DNA of 64,000 bases from the human T2T-CHM13v2.0 reference genome, Homo sapiens, in NCBI RefSeq assembly GCF_009914755.1, contig NC_060932.1. One strand, 5' to 3'. The notes beneath the pieces are model-generated. The model made no database searches, had not been told where the DNA came from, and saw nothing but the letters and a program-made list of their open reading frames with translations. Positions 1 to 12,870 of the stretch are shown here, piece by piece (within the stretch, counting starts at the first letter, position 1; each line of letters begins with the position of its first letter). The position numbers and the translations under genes were made by a program.

Positions 1-3000
1 CCATTGAATTGCCATTGCTTCTTTGTTGACCAGTTGATTATATTTATGTGGAGCTATTTCTGGTCTTTTTGTTCTCTTCCATTGATCATGTGTATTCTTT
101 TGCCAACACCGTGCTGCCTTAATTATTGTAGCTTAATTGTAAGTCTTCAAATTGGGAAACATGAGCCCTTTAACTTTTTCTTTCCCAATATTCTGTTGCA
201 ATTTAAAGTCTTTTGCTGTTTCATATACATTTTAAAATCACTTTAAAATATCTACAAAATAGCTTTTTGGATTTTGATGGGAATTTCATTAAATTCATTG
301 ATCAGTTTGAGAAAATCAGCATCTAAGCAATGTTGAGTCCTCGAATCCATGAACATGGAACATCTATTAATTTAGATTGCCTTTGCTCTATCAGCAGAGC
401 TTTGTAGTTTTCCACATATAATTCTGTACATATATTGCTAAATTTTGACCCCGGTACATCAATTATTTGGTGTTATTGTAAACAGTATTGTTTTTCTAAC
501 TTCAAATTTAAATTGTTTATTGTTGGTAAGTAGAAAGCAATTAACACTTGCATATTAAATGTCTATCCTTCTACCTTGCTATACTTCTTCATTAGTTCTA
601 AGAGGTGTCGTGTTTTGTTTTGGTTTTGCTTCTGGTAGATTTTTTGATATGGTGGGTTTGTCTGGATTGCAAACTTTGATTCATACATGCTTAACTGGAA
701 TAAATCTCATTTGGTGTGATGTATAACTCTTTTTATACATTATTCAGTTTGATTTGCTAATATTTTATTCACAATCATTGTAGCTATATTCATGAGAAAT
801 ATTGCTCTTAATTTTTTTGTAACGCTTTTAAAAACTTTTGTGGGTGTTAGGTTAATTATGTTATCACAGAATGAGTTACAAACTGTTGCCTCTCCTTCTG
901 TGTTCTAGACAAAATAGTGGAGGATTAGTATTATTTCTTCATTAAATATGTGATATAATTTACTAACGAAACTCTAGATTTCGTGCTTTCTTTTTGTAAT
1001 GTTATTATTTATTCGTTAAATATCTTTAATAAACATAGGCCATTTTGTAATATCTATTTCTTCTTGCGGAAATTTACCCAGATCATGTAAGTTATCAAAT
1101 CTGTGGGCATAGAGTTGTTCACAGTGTTCCTCTATTAGCCTTTTGGTATCCATGGGATCAATAAGTATGATCCCTCTTTCATTTCTGACACTGGTAATTT
1201 GTATCTTTCTCTCTTTATTTCTTGGTGAGTTTCCTAGCAATTTCTCATTTTCTTTATCTTTTCAAAAAACAAGCATTATGTTTCATTATTTTTTCCCTGT
1301 TGTTTTTTGTGTTTGCTTTCCATTTCATTGATTTCCTCTGTAGTTTTTGTTATTTGCTTTCTTTTTACTTTAGGCTTTGATTGCTGCTTTTTCTAATTCT
1401 GTATTGTGAGAGCTTAGATCATTGATTTTAACCTTCTTTACTAATACATGCATTCAATGGTTTAAATTTATCTCTAAGCACTGCTTTGCCTGCATGTCAC
1501 AAATATTGATAAGATGTATTTTCACTTTTATTGAGTTCAAAATATTTTTAAATTCTCTTCAGACTTCTTAATGACTCACATGCTATATAGAAGAGTACTG
1601 ATTAACCTCCAAATAGCTGGGGATTTTTGAGGTCTCTTTATTTTACTGATTTTTATTTTAAATTCTTCATTGTCTGGGAACGTATTTGTATAATAAATAT
1701 TTTTTTTTTCAAAAAATAGTTAAAATTTGTTTTCTGGCATAGAATATAGTCTGCTTTTATAAATTTTCCATATAAGCTTGAAAAAAGTATATGTTTTGCT
1801 ACCTGTAAATGGTATATTCTATAAAAGTCTATTATAACAATAGTACTGTTCAGTCCAACTGTATTTTTAAAAAACTGCTACCTGCTTGAACTATCAGTTT
1901 TTGAAAAAATGCCATTATAGGCTAAAATTATAATAAACATATATTTCTCCTTTCAGTTCTATCAGTGTTTTTGCCACACATATAATAACATGCTGTTGTT
2001 AGATTGTCTAATATTGCTATGTCTTCTTTGAGATTCTACTGGTTTATCTTACTTAATTCCTCACTTAATCATTATTTCATTCCCCCCCTTAGCTTTAGTA
2101 ATTCTCCTTGCTCTAAGTCCTCTTTGTCTGTAATTAATATATCTCCTCCAGCTACCTTCATTAATGTTAGCAAAGTATATTTTTCTCCATCTCTTTACCT
2201 TAAACCTATAGGAGTCTTCAATTAAAATGGGTTTCTTGTAGAAGTTAGAGTTGGGTCTTTTATATTCCCTAGATAATCTGTCTTTTGGTTGCAATATTTA
2301 TACCATTCAAATATAAAGTTATTGATGTAACTGAATTAATATCCACCATGTTTGTAATGTTTCTCTATTTATTGCTTTGGTTCTTTGTTCCCCTCCCCCA
2401 CTCTTTTTTAACTTCCTTGGTTTACCTTAAGCATTTGAGTAAGCCCACTACATCCTTCTCTTATTGTATCAATTATGCTTTTGAAAACAATTAGTGTTTG
2501 TTTTAGTTTCCATTATGCGTTTTTAAAAATCTGTATGCATTTTCAGATAGCACTGTGCTGCTTCTTCATGTGTAGTGCAGGTACCTTTTAACAGAATGTT
2601 CCCAATTCCTCCCTCCCATCTCTTATGACATTACTATAATTTATTTTACTTATCCATAATCTTTAATCACCCCACATATTGTTAGTACTATTATTTTATA
2701 CAAAGAGTTAAGTTGACAAGAATGAGAAAAGCAAGATAGTTTATTTACTTGCGTTTATTCTTTCATTGGCATTCTCCTTTGCTTGTGTGGATCTGAGCTT
2801 CAGACTTGTGTCATTTTTCTAATCCCTGTAGGAATTCCTACATTTCTTGCAGTGGAGAGTTCCTGGCAAGGCATTTTCTACTATTGTTTGCCGGATTAAG
2901 TGTTTATTCCTCTACTTTAGAAGGACAGTTTTATGGGACACAGGCTTCTGTTGGTGTCGTTTTTGTTTTCAGCAATTGACATGATTCACTTTTTTCTCCT

Positions 3001-3020
3001 CTTGTTTTCTTGGGTTCTAA
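1..3020 (-). mobile_element. Old, fragmented L1M (LINE-1) ORF2 remnants
   Basis: The minus-strand ORF 1016-1240 (QITSVRNERGIILIDPMDTKRLIEEHCEQLYAHRFDNL) is degenerate L1 ORF2p. T-rich antisense-L1 composition runs throughout. Boundaries approximate. Confidence 0.75.
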
Positions 3021-3099
3021 GGAGACCCAGTAGTCTCAGGACTGCACTCCCTATTCCCCTGCTGCGTGTCCACCCCCACCATGGTCAGGGTTCCATACT

Positions 3100-3715
3100 G
3101 CAGTCAGGTTCTGCCAGCATCCTGAAAACCTTCCAGAGGCTTCCCAGCATAGAAAAAATGAGTGCAAAGTCATTATCTGGGCTTCAGCAACTCCAGTATT
3201 CAAAATTCATCTAATTCCTTCACCCTCTAACCCAGCATGTGCCAGCCCCCACTCCCCCACTTTTGTTGGGGCTCACACTCACCTTAAGGCCTTTGTCCTT
3301 GTCTTCTTTTCCTGCATTTTTCTCCCCTGATCTCTTCATGGTTTAGATTCTTGTCATTCAGACCTTAGATTAAAAGCCTCCTTATTGCAGGCATGGTGGC
3401 TCACGCCTGTAATCCCAGCACTTTAGGAGGCCAAGATGGTCAGATCTCTTCAGGCCAGGAGTTTAAAATCAGCCTGGCCAACAGGGTGAAACCCCGTCTC
3501 TACTAAAAATACAAAAATTAGCCAGGCGTGGTGGCGTATGTCTATAATCCCAGCTACTCGGGAGGCTGAGGCAGGAAAATTGCTTGAACTGGGAGGCAGA
3601 GGTTGCAGTGAGCCAAGATGGTGCCACTGCACTCCAGCCTGGGCAAGAGAGAGGCTGTCTCAATAAATAAATAAACAAACAGTTCTCCTTATCACAGAAA
3701 CCTTCTCTGGTAAGT
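3100..3715 (+). mobile_element. L2 relic interrupted by an Alu
   Basis: Resembles the L2 3' region (ggcctttgtccttg...cccctgatctcttcatgg...tcattcagaccttag...cacagaaaccttctctg). Confidence 0.4.
3386..3680 (+). mobile_element. Alu (AluS-type)
   Basis: Dimeric Alu with central A-rich linker and (AAAT)n tail. The flanking repeat ctccttat occurs on both sides. Confidence 0.95.
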
Positions 3716-3998
3716 CACACAATAGAAGCCGTTTGCCATTTTGGGCTGCCCAGCGCCACACAAACATTCTTATATGAGGGAACATTCCAAGACAATTGGG
3801 AAATAGGTCCTTGTCTAGAACAACAAAAATGAATTGAAGGAATATAAATTCCCCCATTAAGTTCTCTACAAAATAGAATGTTAACAAAGCAACAAAGTTT
3901 AGCCGAACCTAATACTCCCAGTAATGAACTTTAATCCTAAGAAATAAGAGTGAAATGTCAATATGAGATTATGTTCTGTGCCAAAATGGCCAAGACAT

Positions 3999-4853
3999 TG
4001 TGTCCAGAATTGGTTCCTTCCGGTGGGTTCTTGGTCTCGCTGACTTCAAGAATGAAGCTGCAGACCCTCACGGTGAGTGTTACAGTTCTTAAAGATGGTG
4101 TGTCTGGAGTTTGTTCCTTCAGATGTTCAGGTGTGTCTGGAGTTTCTTCCTTCTGGTGGGTTCATGGTCTTCCCGACTTCAGGAGTGAAGCCGCAGACCT
4201 TCGTAGTGAGTGTTACAGCTCTTAAAGGTGGCGCGTCCAGAGTTGTTTGTTCCTCCCGGTGGGTTTGTGGTCTTGCTGGCTTCAGGAGTGAAGGTGCAGA
4301 GCTTCGCAGTGAGTGTTACAGCTCTTAAATGTGGTGCGTCCGGAGTTGTTCATTCATCCTGGTGGGTTCGTGGTGTTGCTGGCTTCAGGAGTGAAGCTGT
4401 AGACCTTCGCTGTGAGTGTTACAGCTCATAGAGGTAGTGCGGACCCAAAGAGTGAGCAGCAGCAAGATTTATGACAAAGAGCAAAAGAACAAAGCTTCCA
4501 CAGAATAGAAGGGGACCCCAGGGGTTGCTGCAGGGGGCTCTGGTGGCCGGCGTTTATTCCCTTATTTGGCCCCACCCACATCCTGCTCATTGGTCCATTT
4601 TACAGAGAGCTAATTTGTCCATTTTACAGAGTGCTGATTGGTTCATATTTACAGAGTGCTGATTGGTGCATTTACAAACCTTTAACTAGACACAGAATGC
4701 TGATTGGTGTGTTTTTACAGAGTGCTGATTGATGCATTTACAAACTTTAGCTAGACACAGAGTGCTGATTGGTGCATTTACAATCCTTTAGCTAGACAGA
4801 AAAGTTCCCCAAGTCCCAACCCACCCCAGAAGCCCAGCCGGCTTAACCTCTCA
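3999..4853 (-). mobile_element. Solo LTR12 (ERV9/HERV9 LTR)
   Basis: TG...CA termini; the minus strand starts tgagaggttaagccggctgggcttctg and ends accaattctggacaca. Tandem U5-type repeats (gtgagtgttacagctcttaaa) and repeated tgattgg (CCAAT) units. 4-bp TSD ACAT at 3995-3998 and 4854-4857. Confidence 0.93.
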
Positions 4854-5089
4854 ACATCAGTGCCACAGCATAAATGTCCAGGTGTCAGCCGTGGTAGAAA
4901 CATCCCAAGCAAGGCGTTTAAAAATCATATAATTTTTTTTTTTTTTGGAGACACCCTTGCTCCTATCAGAGTGTGTTTCAATAGACATTGCTTCAATTTT
5001 ATGAGCTAATACCTTTGCGATATACTTATAGTCTATGTAAATTAAAAATTGTCATCTATGTATAATACTACATAGGAAATAATACTAAA

Positions 5090-7812
5090 TAGAAAACAGC
5101 AAGATATTACTACAACCTTATTAGAATGGCTACAATTCAAAAAATCAAGCATATCAAATGCTGGCAAAGATGCAAAGCAGCAGAAACTCATTCACTGCAG
5201 CTAGAAATGCAAAATGGCACAGCCACTGTGGAAGGCAGTTTGACAATTTGCTACCAAGTTACATATTATCTTAGCATACAATGCCACATGCCCACTCCTA
5301 AGTATTTATCCAAGATAAATACAAACATGTCCACACCAAAACATATACAGGAATGTTTGTAGCAGGTTTATTCATAACCAACAGAAACTGAAACCAAGAA
5401 AGATGTCATTCAACATATGAATGAAAAAGCAAACTGTGGTAAAATGAAATACTATTTTGGAATAAAAAGAACACAGACTACATGACCCTATATGTAGAAA
5501 TCCCTAAAGAGTCCATAAAGCAAAGTTAGAACTAATAAATTTAGCAAAGTTGGCAGATTGAAAATTGACACATAAAAATCAGTTGGATTTCTATACACTA
5601 ACAATAAACTACCTAAAAACATTAAAGGAAATTTTATTTAAAATAGCATAAAAATAAAATATTTAGGATTAAACTTAATGAAGGAGGCAAAATATTTTTA
5701 CATAGAAAACTCAAAAATATTTCTGAAATTAAAGAAAGTACAAGTAAATGGGAAGACATCCTATATTCATGGACTGGGAGAGAATTTTTATTAATACATC
5801 AGAACTACCCATTGTAATTTACAGAGTTGGTGTGATCTCTCAAAATTGTGATGGTGTTTTTCTGAGAAATAGAAAACTCCATTCTAAAATTCATATGGAA
5901 TTGCAAGAGACACCAAAGAGCAAAAGTTATATTGAAAACCAGGAACAAAATCAGAGGCATTACACTTCCTGATTCCAAAACTTATTACAAATCTACAGCC
6001 AAAACAATGTGGTAGTGATATAAAGACAGGCGCCACATTGTAGATGTGATGAAGAGAATAGTTAGCTCAGTAAACGATTTTAAATAACATTTTAAAGACC
6101 ATTCAATTAGGAAACGTAGTCTTTTCAACAAATGGTGTTGGGAAAACTGGATATCTATATGTGAAAAAATTAAACTGGACCATTGCATCATACCATATAA
6201 AAATTAACTCAAAATGGATGATTAAAGATCTAATAAGACCTAAAAAAATACTAAACTCATACAAGAAAACAGAGAAAAGCTTTATACCATCAGATTAGGC
6301 AAGGAATTTTTGGATGGAACACCAAATCACAGGCAACAACTGAACAGATAGATAAATTGTACTAAATCAAAATGAAAAACTTCTGTGCATCAAAGGACAC
6401 AGTCAAGAGAGTGAAAAAGGCAACCTATGGAATGGCATAAAATATTTGTAAATCATATATCTGATAAGAAGTTAATATTCGGAATATATAAAGAACTACA
6501 TTTAACAACAACAACAACAACAACAAAAAACCTTACCCAATTAAAAACTGTCTAAAAGACTTGAATGGACATTTCTCCAAAAAATATACACAAATGGCCA
6601 AAAAAACATATGAAAAAATGCTCAACACACTAATCGTTAGGGAAATTCAAATCAAAACCACAAAGTGATATTCTCAAACCAGTTAGGAATGCCACTATTA
6701 AAAACAAAATCAAAACAGAAAACAAGTGTTGGCAAGTGATATGGTTAGGCTTTGTGTCCCCAACCTAATCTCATCTTGAATTGCAATCCCCACGTTCCCC
6801 AAGTGTCAAGGGAGAAACCAGGTGGAGGTAACTGAATTATGGGGGTGGTTTTCCCCATGCTCTGCTCATGATAGTGAGTGAGTTCTCAGGAGATCTAATG
6901 ATTTTATAAAGGGCTCTTTCCATTTCATTTGGCACTTCTCCTTCCTGCTACCTTATGAAGAAGATGCCTTGCTTCCCCTTCACCTTCTGCTATAACTGTA
7001 AAATTCCTGAGGGCTCCCTAGCCATGCTGCACTGTGAGTCAATTAAACCTCTTTCCCTTAAAAATCACCCAGTCTCAGATATATCTTTATAGCAGTGTGA
7101 AAATTGACAGATACAACAAAGATGTGGAGGAATTAGGACTCCTGTGCACTATTGGTGGAAATGTAAAATGGTATAGCCATTATGAAGAACAGTATGATGG
7201 TTCCTCAAAAAGTTAAAAACATAGCTACCATATGATCCAGAGTGTCTCCTCTGGGTTTATATTCAAAAGAATTGACGGCGGTTGTGAAGAGATGCTTGCA
7301 ATCCCATGTTCATGGAAGCATTTTTCACAATAACCAAGAAGTGGTGGCAATCCAAATGTTCATTAACAGATGAATGGATAAACAAAATGTGATATATACT
7401 TGCAATGGAATATTATTCTCCCCCAAATGGAAGGAAATCCTTTTACATGATACAACATGGATAAACCTTGATGACATTATGTTGAGTTAAATAAGCCAGT
7501 CACAAAACAATACATCCTGTATGAAACCACTTATATGGGGTACCTAGAGTAATAAAACTCATAGAAGCAGAAAATAGAATAGTGTTTTCCAGAGCCTGGG
7601 GGAAGAAGGGAACAGAGGGTTATTGTTTTAGGGGTATAGAATTTTAGTTTTTAAGTTTTTTTTTTTCTTTTCCCCACTGGCTCCAGCACAGAGGTGCAAC
7701 GGCTCCATGGAGTCTAGAGTTTCAGGTTTTAGAGTTGAAAACATTGTGAATGTTTGTTGCACAACAGTTTGAATATACTTAAAACTGCTGCACACTTAAA
7801 AATGATTAAGAT
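5090..7812 (+). mobile_element. Old L1M (L1MA/MB-like) ORF2 3' part and 3'UTR, interrupted by THE1 and a short orphan insert
   Basis: Degenerate ORF2 peptides (5748-5972, IPYSWIG/PIVIYR-like region) and L1M 3'UTR motifs (tgacattatgttgagttaaataagccagtcac). Confidence 0.8.
6737..7115 (+). mobile_element. THE1 (ERVL-MaLR) solo LTR, THE1C/D-like
   Basis: Starts tgatatggttaggctttgtgtcccc, contains tgtgagtcaattaaacctctttcc, ends ...gataca. Degenerate 5-bp TSD gcaag/acaaa. Splits the L1 sequence tgttggcaag|gatgtggag. Confidence 0.92.
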
Positions 7813-7813
7813 G

Positions 7814-8970
7814 GAAGAAAACCTAGGCAATACCATTCAGGACATAGGCATGGGCAAGGACTTCATGTCTAAAACACCAAAAGCAATGGCAACACAACCC
7901 AAAATTGACAAATGGGATCTAATTAAACTAAACAGCTTCTGCACAGCAAAAGAAACCACCATCAGAGTGAACAGGCAACCTACAAAATGGGAGAAAATTT
8001 TCTCAACCTACTCATCTGACAAAGGGCTAATATCCAGAATCTACAATGAACTCAAACAAATTTACAAGAAAAAAAAAAAACAACCCCATCAAAAAGTGGG
8101 CGAAGGATATGAACAGACACTTCTAAAAAGAAGACATTTATGCAGCCAAAAGACACATGAAAAAATGCTCATCATCACTGGCCATCAGAGAAATGCAAAT
8201 CAAAACCGCAATGAGATACCACCTCACACCAGTTAGAATGGCGATCATTAAAAAATCAGGAAACAACAGGTGCTGGAGAGGATGTGGAGAAATAGGAACA
8301 CTTTTACACTGTTGGTGGGACTGTAAACTAGTTCAAATGTTGTGGAAGTCGGTGTGGCAATTCCTCAGGGATCTAGAACTAGAAATACCATTTGACCCAG
8401 CAATCCCATTACTGGGTATCTACCCAAAAGATTATAAATCATGCTGCTATAAAGACACATGCACACGTATGTTTATTGTGGCATTATTCACAATAGCAAA
8501 GACTTGGAACCAAGCCAAATGTCCATCAATGATAGACTGGATTAAGAAAATGTGGCATATATACACCATGGAATACTATGCAGCCATAAAAAATGATGAG
8601 TCCATGTCCTTTGTAGGGATATGGATAAAGCTGGAAACCATCATTCTGAGCAAACTATCGCAAGGACAAAGAACCAAACACCGCGTGTTCTCACTCATAG
8701 GTGGGAATTGAACAATGAGAACACATGGACACAGGAAGGGGAACATCACACACTGGGGACTGTTGTGGGGTGGGGGGAGGGGGGAGGGATAGCATTAGCA
8801 GATATACTGAATGCTAAATGATGAGTTAATGGGTGCAGCACACCGACGTGGCACATGTATGCATATGTAACAAACCTGCACGTTGTGCATATGTACCCTA
8901 AAACTTAAAGTATAATAATAATAATAATAATAATAAAAAAGAGCATGCAGTGGCAAAAAAAGAAAAAAAA
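7814..8970 (+). mobile_element. 5'-truncated L1PA (about L1PA4-5) with poly(A) and short 3' extra sequence
   Basis: ORF2 C-terminus (ORFs 7754-8236 and 8157-8711) and L1PA 3'UTR. TSD aaaaatg(a/g)ttaagatggaa at 7798-7816 and 8966-8984. Confidence 0.95.
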
Positions 8971-9567
8971 TGGTTAAGATGGAACATTTTATATGTAGTT
9001 TCTCACAATTAAAATTTTTTTAAAATCATGACAAATCACATAAAAATTCAGATATGTGGCTCTTCATTTAAAAATCAGAAGCTCTGGAAACTTTGGGCCT
9101 CCACTGTTTCTCAGGTATTTCACAGATTCCAGTTATCCTCCTCCTTGTGCATTTGCCTACCTGACTTCTGTAGATTCCTGAATGGCAATGCTGAAATGGC
9201 CAAATGCCAGAGTCAGATGCCATATCCGTGTGTTCCTTCGCATGCTATAGTAGATCCCAGTAAAATTCAACCACATCATAAGCATCTCTTTACCGGCCTC
9301 CCAGTAAAACCAAGAGGCAATGGTGACAATAATGCTGTCTTTCACACCATGGTTTGTGCTCCTAGAGTAATGCCTGGTAAAAGCAAGATAACTAAAAAGT
9401 TTGCTGAATAGAAAGATTTCCAAAAAAAATCATTTTAGAAGTTTGGAAAATCCCAGAGTGGAAAGAAAATGTGACAACATAATATAAATGCATTACAAAG
9501 AAAGTGCTGACTTTGGAAATGAGGAAAAATTGTAGATTAAAGGCAAATAAACTGCATAAATACTATA

Positions 9568-10076
9568 CAGCAGTCCCCTCCTTACCCATGGTCAACGATG
9601 GTACAAAAACGTGAAGTGGAAAACTTCAGAAATAAACAAGTCATACGTTTTACATTGTGCACTGCTCTGAGTAGCATGACTGGAGCACTGCTCCAGTCCC
9701 CCATGGACTTGAATTATCCCTCTGTCCAGCATATCCAGATTGTATACACTACCCACCCGTTAGACACTTAGTAGCCATCTTCATTATCAAATTGACTGTC
9801 ATAGTATCTCAGTGCTGTTTTCAAGTCGCCCTAATTTTACTTAATTATGGTTCCAAAGTGCAGGAGTAATGATGCTGGCATATTATTATAATTGTTCCAT
9901 TTTTGTTATTAGTTGCTGTTAATATCTTACTGTGCCTAGTATATCAATTAAACTTATTCATAGTTACATATGTACAGGAAAAACATGGTATATATAGGGT
10001 TTTGTACTATCTGGTGATTTCAGGAATTACCTGAGTGTCTTGGAACATATGCCCTTTGAATAACGGAGGACTACTC
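9568..10076 (+). mobile_element. MER44-type (Tigger7-derived) non-autonomous DNA transposon
   Basis: Terminal inverted repeats cagcagtcccc.../...ggactactc flanked by TA. The internal sequence matches the recalled MER44B consensus. Confidence 0.85.
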
Positions 10077-10079
10077 TAC

Positions 10080-10545
10080 TCAGCTGATAAAGTTGTTTTT
10101 CATGGATTATGGGTTAAAAATTTCTGAAACTGCTACACATGTACACTGTATTTGAACTATTAAAACATACTGGATGGCAGAGCTAAGTTTCTCACTGTTG
10201 GAGTGGGAGGTTACAAATAAGCAAGGGGAAAAGATTAGAATGGTCTGTGTGGTAATGGATAGGATACAGTTGGGGATGTCATTATGAGCTCCTGTTTTGC
10301 CTAAATTAGATATAAGTCATTGCACATAGAAACATTTATACACTTATGTAAATAAACAGGTTTATAAACCTACTAGATTTTTCTTGCTGTCCCAGCTGGA
10401 GGGCTTAGAAGGTACTGTCACTTCAGTGGAAATGAGCACACCTAGTACCTAGATCTTGGTATCTAATACTTTTCTCCAGTAAAGAGAAATGGATGATTCA
10501 AGGACTGGGGCAGGACATACACAAAATGAGCCTGTGACACACACA

Positions 10546-10590
<45 letters not shown>

Positions 10591-11500
10591 GGATAAACAT
10601 ACACACACAGTATTAATAGGGCATGTCAAAGGAGCAAAGGAGCCAACTGAAAGAGGCCCCAATGGCCAAAGCTGAAACCATCTGAACAAGAAAATAAATC
10701 AGGTAATATTGGATTTTAATTCATTATATGAAATACATATCTATGAGTCCTCGGTGACATAGATGATTGAATCATTAAACTGGGGAAGAAAAGAAAAATC
10801 AGTGCAGAAAAATTTCAAATAATTCATGCAGATAAGCTGTACTCATGGAGGTGAAGTATGACTTGCCACTTCTTAAGTATGGGCTGTCCATTCTGACTTC
10901 CTTATGAAGAATGAAGTATGAAAAGGAGGGGTGGGGAGAGGAAATTTAGCGTGTAGAAATGTGACATCACGGCCTCAGCAAGTTTATCAAGGATAATATC
11001 CACAATGAGAGTCCTATCAATAGCATGTACACTTGATGTGATATGAGGAAAATGACCCTTTATTTCTGTGGTCCCCTTCCCCAGATCACATATACCTAGT
11101 CTAATTATGAGAAAAAAAATCAGAAAAAAATACAATTCAGGAATATACTACAAAATACCTGACCAATACATCTCAAACAGTTAAGGCCTTCAAAAAAAAG
11201 AAAATCTGGAGAAATTGTCAAATCCAAAAGGAGCCTAAATAGACAGAACAACTAAATGTAATGTAATATCCTGGATGAGATCCTGGAACTAGAATAAAGA
11301 CATTAGGGGAAAAACTAAGGAAATCTGAATGAGCTATGGACTTTGGTTAGTAAGAATGCATGGATACTGACTCATTAACTGTGGCAAGTGTACCATAGTA
11401 ATGAAGGATGTTCATATAGGAAACCGGATGTGGGGTACATGGGAACTCTCTGTGCTGTCTTTTCAAGTTTCTGTATATCTAAAACTGTTTTAACACAACC
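10080..11500 (+). mobile_element. L1MC/L1MD-type 3' end
   Basis: Characteristic 3'UTR motif ctggatgagatcctggaactagaataaagacattaggggaaaaactaaggaaatctgaat and terminal tatgggaactctctgtgct...tctaaaactgtt. Confidence 0.7.
10537..10609. repeat. (CA)n microsatellite
   Basis: About 25 near-perfect CA units, followed by a short degenerate CA run. Confidence 0.95.
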
Positions 11501-12699
11501 ATTCTATTTTTACAAACAATTCATTTGTATTTACAATGATCTCATATTTTTCCTTTTTTGTTTACTTTTATTTATTTTTCTCTCTCTCCTCTCTGGAATG
11601 TCAGCTCTTCGAGAGTGAAAGTTATTTATCTTTTATTCAAAGTGTTGTGTATTGATATAATGCTAATGGGCAATACATATATGGGTACAATGAATGAAAT
11701 ACTGAAATACCCTCTCTGCTGTAATCTAGATGACCCATTACTTTCAGAAAGAGCTCTCCTCCTCTCCTATAGATTTTGCTTCATTCTTCTTTTCTGTTTT
11801 CAAATAATCCTCTCTACTTTCATATTCATCTGGCATATCAGCTCTTCTACCAGCTTCAGGAAGGAACCTCCAGACAGCAGCCCTTGGTTTACCTATGTTT
11901 GTATACAGAAAACCATGAGATTAAAGGTGGATCAACACAATTTGGATTTCAACCTATTTTGAAAATATTCCTTTAAAAATTATTTGGACTTTAAGTCATC
12001 CCTAATATATTTCTATACTTGATGCTTTAGGATTAATCTTGTATTATTTTTAATGACAGGTTTTTGGATTCCAACATATCTATTCATGCATATTACCAAT
12101 TGTAGATTTCTGAATAAGCAATACAATTTGATAAGCTAAAAGTTCCTTCTTGTTCCCAAAATTCCCAGTTTATTATCAATCGTTTCACTCTGCTAACCAC
12201 TGAAGCCACTTCCTAATCACTAGTTTTTGTTTTTCAATTCTAGCATTTCTGGGATAACTCCTCTTTTGCTATAAGTTGTAAACTGTATCCATTGGACATA
12301 TGTTTTCAAATTTTCTTTCCTTCTCTTTCTGTGAGTAAAGTAGTGCATGTGTGTGGCTGAAACTATCTTTGTTTTTCTTAGGGATTCATCTTATTCCAGA
12401 CAGCTCTGTTATTTAAATGTTGGGTATGTTCTGGAGTTTGTATTGTGGTCCTTGAAATGAGAAAGCAAATGGGTACATATGGTCAGATACTTTTAAGTCT
12501 ATTTCACTGTAGTTCCATATATTTATTGAATAATTTTGTTGAATAAAATATTTCTCTTATAGGAATACATAGACATCCCATAATAAAACATTTTATATGA
12601 AATTCCTCTTATTTTAATTAATCTAATACTTTTTCCTGTAACAAAAGGTAATATTTATTAAGTAAATACAAACTTCCAAGCTCCTCTCTAAGTAGTAAA

Positions 12700-12870
12700 A
12701 CACATAATCTTCATAAAACTGCTAGATAGATATGATTATTACTATTATTTCATAGATGAGAAAGATGCAATGCGGAGAGATTAAATCAATTGCCCAGGGA
12801 TATACAGCTGTCAAACTATGGAAATAGAATTAAAACTAATAGAATCTAGCTCCCAAGCCCAAATTTTAAC
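12700..12870 (-). mobile_element. MIR
   Basis: Reverse MIR core: attatttcatagatgagaaagatg...gagagattaaatcaattgcccagggatatacagct. Confidence 0.7.

Noticed and set aside
4010-4800. Regularly spaced repeats resembling a CRISPR-like or novel array
   Set aside because: They are the normal internal tandem repeats of the LTR12/ERV9 LTR, with no unique spacers, in a eukaryotic context.
9028-9423. Overlapping 127-aa and 88-aa ORFs
   Set aside because: No recognisable domain or splice structure; consistent with chance ORFs in intronic or repeat DNA.
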